26,022 nucleotides of DNA from Candidatus Iainarchaeum sp. (GTDB lineage Archaea; Iainarchaeota; Iainarchaeia; Iainarchaeales; VGJJ01), in contig JAZDJQ010000006.1 of the NCBI GenBank assembly GCA_043803765.1, positions 1-26,022 of the forward strand. Reading direction: 5' to 3'. This document shows positions 25,347 to 26,022 of this stretch, piece by piece. The notes under the pieces are model-generated. The model ran no database searches. It was not told the DNA's origin and was given only the letters and a program-made list of their open reading frames with translations. Numbering within the stretch: position 1 is the stretch's first letter; each line of letters starts with the position of its first letter. The position numbers and the translations under genes are program-made.

Positions 25347-26022
25347 CTATAGTTGTTCTTTCCACTCTCTTGTTTTCCCGAATAAATAATATTTTTTTCC
25401 ATACAACTCGCTTACTTTCTTTGCTCCGACTAAAAACATGCCTGCATGAAACTCCTGTTGTAATGAAGTTAAGTAGGACACTATTCCTCTCGCTCCTTTT
25501 TTCTTTTGAGCGTGCAGAATCGGAATGGCGGATGCGCTCATACTGCATCCTAATATCATGCATTTGAGTATGTCTTGTCCGGTGCGTACTCCTCCGCTCC
25601 CAATAATTTGTTTTTTCGAATTTTTCCGTGCACCTATGATGGCAGGAACAGTTGGTATTCCAACATTCCAATATTTTTCCCCTAATTCTTTGTTTTTTGT
25701 TCCCCCTCTCTTGCTTTCGATTGCGGTCCAGCTTGTTCCTCCTGCACCTGCAACATCAATAGCGGAAATAGTGGTTCGATCCAGCATCCTAATCACATTC
25801 GGAGAGAGGCCGTTTCCCACTTCTTTTACAATAATGGGTTGCTCTAATTCCCTCGCAACACGATCGATTTCCTTTATTCCTCCTGCAAAAGAAGGCGTTC
25901 CTTCTTTTTGTACGATTTCTTGTGCGGCATTCGTATGAATGATGAGCGCATCGCACTGCAGTTCATTCACGAGTTTTTGTATTTTTTGAGTGGGATATTC
26001 CTTCAATTGGGATACTCCTAAA
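25347..26022 (-). CDS. fni: Type 2 (FMN-dependent) isopentenyl-diphosphate delta-isomerase, C-terminal part; 5' end lies outside the window
   Basis: HTNAAQEIVQKEG, PIIVKEVGNG, DVAGAGGTSW, GIPT, SGGVRTGQD. The frame stays open to the window end (LGVSQLKEY). Confidence 0.95.
   Translation of the reverse strand, partial: LGVSQLKEYPTQKIQKLVNELQCDALIIHTNAAQEIVQKEGTPSFAGGIKEIDRVARELEQPIIVKEVGNGLSPNVIRMLDRTTISAIDVAGAGGTSWTAIESKRGGTKNKELGEKYWNVGIPTVPAIIGARKNSKKQIIGSGGVRTGQDILKCMILGCSMSASAIPILHAQKKKGARGIVSYLTSLQQEFHAGMFLVGAKKVSELYGKKYYLFGKTREWKEQL

Overview
Gene-dense archaeal chromosomal window, most likely from a DPANN lineage (Iainarchaeota/Diapherotrites- or Micrarchaeota-like). This taxonomy is inferred from TATA boxes about 22-30 bp before leaderless ATGs, a class III (pilin) signal peptide, a type 2 IPP isomerase and many Arg-rich hypothetical proteins. 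Recognisable genes: serS (apparent 1-nt frameshift near its 3' end), partial fni, a Cas4/AddB-like Fe-S PD-(D/E)XK nuclease, and a GT2 plus two GT-C glycosylation genes. There are three toxin-antitoxin pairs (wHTH-MNT/HEPN, RelB-like/RelE, AbrB/VapC), an orphan antitoxin-like peptide, an orphan encapsulin-type ferritin, a T4 gp30.3-like NADAR and a transglutaminase-like protein. The accessory middle (about 8.8-25.3 kb) holds two paralogous secreted metzincin-like proteases sharing a small Cys-rich C-terminal module and a lipoprotein glycosidase-like propeller. It also holds two paralogous basic membrane-anchored proteins, a chimeric ORF carrying a fragment paralogous to a nearby acidic secreted protein, and many proteins with Arg/Lys-rich terminal peptides. 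Non-coding features are a 48-49 bp hairpin tandem array, two palindromic TA operators, and a 1.4 kb gene-free region with a structured GC-rich segment and a 12-bp motif repeated about every 390 bp. No tRNA, rRNA, CRISPR array, integrase or transposase was seen. All family calls are by eye from motifs; no database search was run.
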